Positions 25,942-30,409 of a stretch of 30,409 nt of DNA are shown here, in pieces (the first letter of the stretch is position 1; the number at the start of each line of letters is the position of its first letter). Source of the DNA: Macrostomum lignano (lineage: Eukaryota). A program made the position numbers and the translations under genes. Location of the stretch: the NCBI GenBank assembly GCA_002269645.1, contig NIVC01004948.1, forward strand, positions 1-30,409. The letters are read 5' to 3'. Under the pieces are notes generated by a model. The model saw only the letters and a list, made by a program, of their open reading frames with translations, had not been told where the DNA came from and ran no database searches.

Positions 25942-27263
25942 ACCAGCTGCTGGGACCGGATGTTGTCGCACTGAAGAGTGAATTGTCTCTTTTTGACCCC
26001 TCTCCGGTCCAGTTTAGTGTTTTGGAGAGTCAGTTTACGAACATTCAGCCGCAGCATGGCCTCGCTGCTGGTGCTCCAATTGAATTCGAAATTCCTCCGG
26101 CTGGGGATTTGTATCTCGACTTGCATGAGACTGCGCTCAATGTGAGTTTTCGAGTGGTGGATTCGGAAAACAAAAGCATCGATGCTGCAAAAAACTTTGT
26201 GTGTCTGAACAACCTGCCGATTGCCTCGCTGTTTCAAGATGCGCAGCTTAGCATTGGAGACAGCGTTATCGAGGGCGGAAGCTTTCTCTATCCATACAAG
26301 AGTATGCTGCTGACGCTGCTTGAGTATGGAAGCATCGCTCAGAAGGCTGCATTGGTGCCCTGGGGATTTTACAAGGATACTGCGGGAGAAATGGATTCTG
26401 CTACGGATGCAAATGTCGGACGCAAATCGCGCGTGGCGTTGATTGCTGGAGGGAGAACTTGCAGTCTCTCAGGACCGTTGTTCCTTGATTTGTTCCGTCA
26501 GCCACGTTTCTTGCTGTCAAAGACAAACTTGCGACTGAAGTTGATTCCCTCCGATCCGAAGTTTGTGCTCAGTGGAGCCGGCGTCGGTGCAGAACCGCTG
26601 AAGGACTATTTGGTGGTTATTGAGCGTGCAGAGCTGCGAGTTCATTATGTGCTGCCATCGCCTAGTGTTCTGGCTGCCCATGCACAGGGACTCAAGAAGC
26701 ATAATGCGCTTTACCCGCTGAACAGCCTGCAAATGAGCACCTTCACAATTCCGCAAGGAACCTCCAGCTACACGCGCGAGAATATGTTCCAGGGAGGCGT
26801 GCCGAAACTGCTGCTGGTCGCTTTTGTGACCAACAAAGCTTTCAACGGTAGCATGGATACGAATCCGTTCAACTTTCGACATGCAAACGCTTCATGCATT
26901 GCTGTGTTTGTGAACGGAGAGTCAGTTCCTTCGCGCCCCCTGCAAGTAAATCTGGCGAAGGAGAATGGTGAGGTGGAGTACAATTGGTTGCTACAGCAAC
27001 TGGGCCTGTATATGCAGAGCAGAGAAATTGGCTTTAGAATGGACGAGTATGCTCGAGGATATGGCATCTTTGCGTTCAATCTCTGCAGTGAGCTGGGAGT
27101 GGGTGTTGGAACACAGCTATACAAAGAGGGCAGCGTGCGCTTGGAACTGCGGTTTAGCACCGCTACTGCAAGTGTCTACAATGTAATTGTTGGAGGGCTC
27201 TTTGATAAGCAATTGCAGCTGACGGAGTTTCGTGACGTTGTGCCTGGCACCGCCTGGAAATGA
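25938..27263 (+). CDS. mcp: Major capsid protein (double jelly-roll, hexon-like)
   Basis: KSELSLFDPSPVQFSV..S, PIEFEI, YLDL..T.L, NNL..SLF, YPYK, GPL..DLF.Q..FL, PKLL.VAFV..AFNG...NPFNF, Y..GYGIFAFNL, G.VRLELRF; typical Maverick MCP. Confidence 0.92.
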   Translation: MNQLLGPDVVALKSELSLFDPSPVQFSVLESQFTNIQPQHGLAAGAPIEFEIPPAGDLYLDLHETALNVSFRVVDSENKSIDAAKNFVCLNNLPIASLFQDAQLSIGDSVIEGGSFLYPYKSMLLTLLEYGSIAQKAALVPWGFYKDTAGEMDSATDANVGRKSRVALIAGGRTCSLSGPLFLDLFRQPRFLLSKTNLRLKLIPSDPKFVLSGAGVGAEPLKDYLVVIERAELRVHYVLPSPSVLAAHAQGLKKHNALYPLNSLQMSTFTIPQGTSSYTRENMFQGGVPKLLLVAFVTNKAFNGSMDTNPFNFRHANASCIAVFVNGESVPSRPLQVNLAKENGEVEYNWLLQQLGLYMQSREIGFRMDEYARGYGIFAFNLCSELGVGVGTQLYKEGSVRLELRFSTATASVYNVIVGGLFDKQLQLTEFRDVVPGTAWK

Positions 27264-27817
27264 AAAGCGGCGTCCCGAGCGGATTGACAAACATTTATCT
27301 GGCCGCAGTATCCCGCAAACTGCAACGCATCTACCGGCACGCCGTGTTTTTGGGAGTCTACTCTAGCAACTCTCTGCCTTTACTGCCCGCAAGAAACGGT
27401 GGCTTGCTTGACACTCAAAGTTATTTTTTAATTGCAAACACAGACACTAGTAACCTACCTGGCCGGCATTGGATTGCTATTTGGGTTGGACCTGGTCCGA
27501 TTGGGGCCGCGGGGCGACGAGGAGAATTTTTTGACCCACTAGGACTGCAACCAATGCCTGAATTTTCGCAGTGGCTGAGCCGCGAGTGTGGAGGCACTTG
27601 GAGTTTTACTCGCTTTTCTGTTCAGCATCCCTCCACGGGACATTGTGGCGTGTGGGTTTTGTTTTATCTGTATTTTAAACTTGCTACTAGAGAACCTCTG
27701 ATACATTTTATCAACTTTGTTTTGCGCGGATATCGCCGTAGTTCTGTTTCGTTCCGCGCTGCTTTTCATGCTCTACGCAGTTTTCAGCTGAAAATTCTTA
27801 ATCCCCTAAAGTGGTAA
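27260..27817 (+). CDS. Adenain-like cysteine (maturation) protease
   Basis: FLGVYSSN.LP, IANTD....PGRHWIA (His), EFFDPLG (Asp), Q...TGHCG (Gln/Cys). Confidence 0.92.
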   Translation: MKSGVPSGLTNIYLAAVSRKLQRIYRHAVFLGVYSSNSLPLLPARNGGLLDTQSYFLIANTDTSNLPGRHWIAIWVGPGPIGAAGRRGEFFDPLGLQPMPEFSQWLSRECGGTWSFTRFSVQHPSTGHCGVWVLFYLYFKLATREPLIHFINFVLRGYRRSSVSFRAAFHALRSFQLKILNPLKW

Positions 27818-28336
27818 TCTCTGACGTATCAGTTTTTTAACTCCTTGGATTATTGCCTGCTTTAAAACGCTTTTGCACGCTGTTATTTCAGTCTGTCTCG
27901 CGTTACTTGTTTATGCGGTGGCGAAATAAAATATCGTTTATGAAAAAATCTTTGCCGTTGTTGGTCTGATTTAAAAACCTCTCCGGTCGACGCACCATGG
28001 AAAAACGGGCGGGTAATTAGAACAGAAAATTAGTCTGGCATCGAGAAAAAAGGCAGTGGCACTTTGGCCGACGGACGGAGGAAAAAGCAAAAATCTGCTT
28101 TTGCACGGACCTAGCTACGATCATTTGCACCACTCTGGCGGCAAGGGAAAGAAAAACTGGAGGTCTGCGCTGCATGGAAGAGAGGAAAATTGCGCCCCAG
28201 TTGCTATCGGGAGAGGGATGAAAATTTAGCCGAAGTTTCGGCTATCTCCCATGTATTTCGCCCATGTACCAACCATACATTTTTCGTATTTAAAAAAACC
28301 CTCCGTGTCCGATTTTTATCTACTACTTATAACATC

Positions 28337-28793
28337 CGGCGTAACACAACAGCTATGCCAATTGTGCGCCACTGCGCCGGCGTATCGGTGTCTGGCATAG
28401 ATGTCTGGCGTGGCAATAGACATATAAAATGATGTATTCACATATTGTATGTTCAATTGATGTACAAAAAACGTTTAAAAATGTTTTTACGAACAAAATG
28501 TTAAAACAAAATACAAAACAAGAAACACTATACAACAGTTACTATTTATTTATTCCCAGATTTTTGTGTTTATTAAAGTAAAAGGTAATTTTACTCAAAA
28601 AGAAAAGGGACCTAAAATTTGAGTTTCAATTTGGCATAATGTTGCAATTTCGTTCTAGCGTACATATATCATGTACAAAATTTTTTTCTGGCATAAACTT
28701 AAATTTATGGCGTAAGGGGTCATTTTTTCTGGCGTACCATATAACAGATTCGAGAGTGTGGGGATAATGTGTCTCTCGAGTAACACTGGCATA
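28337..28793. repeat. Cluster of dispersed YGGCRTA heptamers
   Basis: Plus-strand copies at 28337, 28378, 28393, 28632, 28689, 28708, 28730, 28787; one reverse copy at 28354. Confidence 0.7.
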
Positions 28794-29153
28794 TGATAGC
28801 TCGCTGCTTCTTTCTTACTTTTGTTTCACGAGACCCGTAAGCAATATTCCTATTTTGCAGTCCTCTAAAACGAAAGTGTATATACACAGTGACCTCATGG
28901 CACTAGCGTAATATAGTTTGATAGGCTGGGTATGAGATTGGTGGAATAAATGCTTGCGATTACAGTAAAACAACTTTGTGTGAAATTAAGCACTGTCAAT
29001 TAAAGCATCAACTTTGTGTGGAATTAACTTTTGCTACGCTTTCATTTTGTTAGTGAATGCTCGTTTTTTGATTGATTTCTTCCCCTTTTCTATGGGTCTT
29101 CCATTACGAAAGTCACGCATTTTTGGGTCTTTTATAATGAAAGAATGCCATAT

Positions 29154-30037
29154 TGGCAATAGTGCAGTTTCATTTGCAAAATTATTTTTCATTTAAATTT
29201 GAAAGTTTGAAACCAGAAAAAAATAACAATGATGTTTCAAACCATTCTAGTGACTATGCCAGAGCAGGCAGAGCTCACTGGTCACGGAACTTTAAAGCAA
29301 ATAGGTGCTCTATAAATATACTTTTTTCATTAAATCTGTGCCACACTTGAATGCTACTTGAAATGCAAGTTGTCTATGGAAAAAATAGTTTAAAAAATCA
29401 AAAGGGGCTAAAGTGGGGGAGGGGGGCTTGAACTGTTTCCCTTTAGCTGAGAAGCTGCTAATAGGGCCTATTTGCTTTTTCTTTTGGACAACATATTGTA
29501 TCATGGCTAGACAACCACCAAGACCCTCGTGGATAATTCCACCGAATGAAGTGCTGCCAGCGAATGCTCTACTAGAACTAAATGCCTGCAAGCTGATGGC
29601 TGCCACGGCAATGCCGGAAGATACAATATGCTGGATAGCCAAGGTTGGGCTTATCAGCAACCAATGTACATGCTCCTGTCTAGCCCAGACCCCCATGAAC
29701 CTGCAGCGTCGAGCTGGTGATTGCTTTGTAGATAGCTGGGCCTGGACTGCAATCCAGGAGTTTATGTGGCGCCAACTGTTTGGAGCAAACAGGGCTTTTG
29801 GAAACATGCTTTTCTAGATTTGCCACTAGGCTACTACAGTGCCCAGTGACAAGCTCTGTATCTGCCACTTAGAACACAATGACGAGTTGGCAAGTTTGGC
29901 AACCAGGGAGCTAAAAACTCTGCACAATCGTTAGAATGGTTTAAAACTTCAATTTTAATTGTTGTTATTGTTTTCTGGTTTTGAACTTTCAAATTTAAAC
30001 GAAAAATAATTTCGCGAACGAAACTGCACTATTGCCA
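29154..30037. repeat. Diverged ~100-bp inverted repeat pair enclosing ~680 bp (MITE-like or two opposed repeat copies)
   Basis: 29154-29249 (tggcaatagtgcagtttc...aaaccattcta) matches the reverse complement of 29932-30037 with scattered substitutions and one indel. Confidence 0.8.
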
Positions 30038-30409
30038 TTGTATTCCCTAGTCACCGGACCTTCGTCCCTCACTAAGTTCCTTACCTATGATATTTGCGAG
30101 AAAAATTGTAATCCATTCCTGCTTATGATTTGCGAAACGAGGTCATTTCTTCTAAATTGAATGAATCAGTGACAGTGAGAGGATACTAAAAGTCTAAATG
30201 ACAAATGGTACAGTACGTTCGATTCAAATTTAACTCGAAAGTTCACCTGAATCCTTTTAAAAATAAAAAAGAAATTTTACTTACCGAAGATTTATCCAGT
30301 AAAGAAGGCAAGTACAGAAGTACTTGTAGTGACATTCGCGAAAGTTCGATGCATTAATTATGAAAATTATTTATTTCTAGAAATTTCCCCGTAGAGTACA
30401 AATTAAATT

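Larger units (their letters stand above)
14356..28327 (+). mobile_element. Polinton/Maverick-like endogenous virus, element 2 (all recognisable genes intact; boundaries approximate)
   Basis: Co-oriented pPolB, dUTPase, PLA2, ATPase, minor capsid, pX-like, integrase, core, major capsid and protease genes. Right end guessed from CTACTACT at 28320-28327; no matching left TIR found. Confidence 0.92.

Noticed and set aside
25686-27160. Minus-strand ORFs of 183, 121 and 130 aa
   Set aside because: Antisense shadows of the core and MCP genes.
29310-29868. ORFs of 165, 134 and 62 aa as genes or a transposase
   Set aside because: They overlap on opposite strands, show no recognisable domain, and lie inside an inverted-repeat element.
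30375-30387. Three-unit HSE TTCtaGAAatTTC
   Set aside because: At the window edge with no visible gene; a three-unit match in AT-rich DNA is plausible by chance.
1-30409. Bacteriophage or prokaryotic origin (tectivirus-like prophage)
   Set aside because: Spliceosomal intron, chromodomain integrase, adenain proteases, HSE/TATA motifs and no Shine-Dalgarno pattern point to eukaryotic Polintons.

Overview
Eukaryotic (probably invertebrate) DNA carrying two unrelated Polinton/Maverick (adintovirus-like) endogenous dsDNA viruses side by side. Element 1 (<1 to ~12.65 kb, genes on both strands) has the end of an RVE integrase, a pX-like protein, protein-primed PolB, adenain-like protease, a membrane protein, coiled-coil ORFs, packaging ATPase, two core/cement-like proteins, and major and minor capsid proteins. 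Its first 5.9 kb carries about 20 frameshifts, all repairable as single-base losses with no in-frame nonsense codon, so they may be consensus errors rather than decay. Element 2 (~14.35 to ~28.3 kb, all genes on +) is intact: PolB with an N-terminal zinc finger and endonuclease VII domain, dUTPase, an intron-split parvovirus-type phospholipase A2, ATPase, minor capsid, pX-like protein, an unknown ORF, chromo-integrase, basic core protein, major capsid and protease. Between them lie an array of 34-bp palindromes and an orphan HTH gene behind a TATA box and a perfect four-unit heat-shock element. The main leads are 3' splice acceptors just before several viral start codons, the possible heat-shock switch, the palindrome array, and different candidate protease cleavage motifs in the two elements. 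All family assignments come from motif recognition by eye; no database search was run. I found no terminal inverted repeat pair, so element boundaries are approximate and the host cannot be named.
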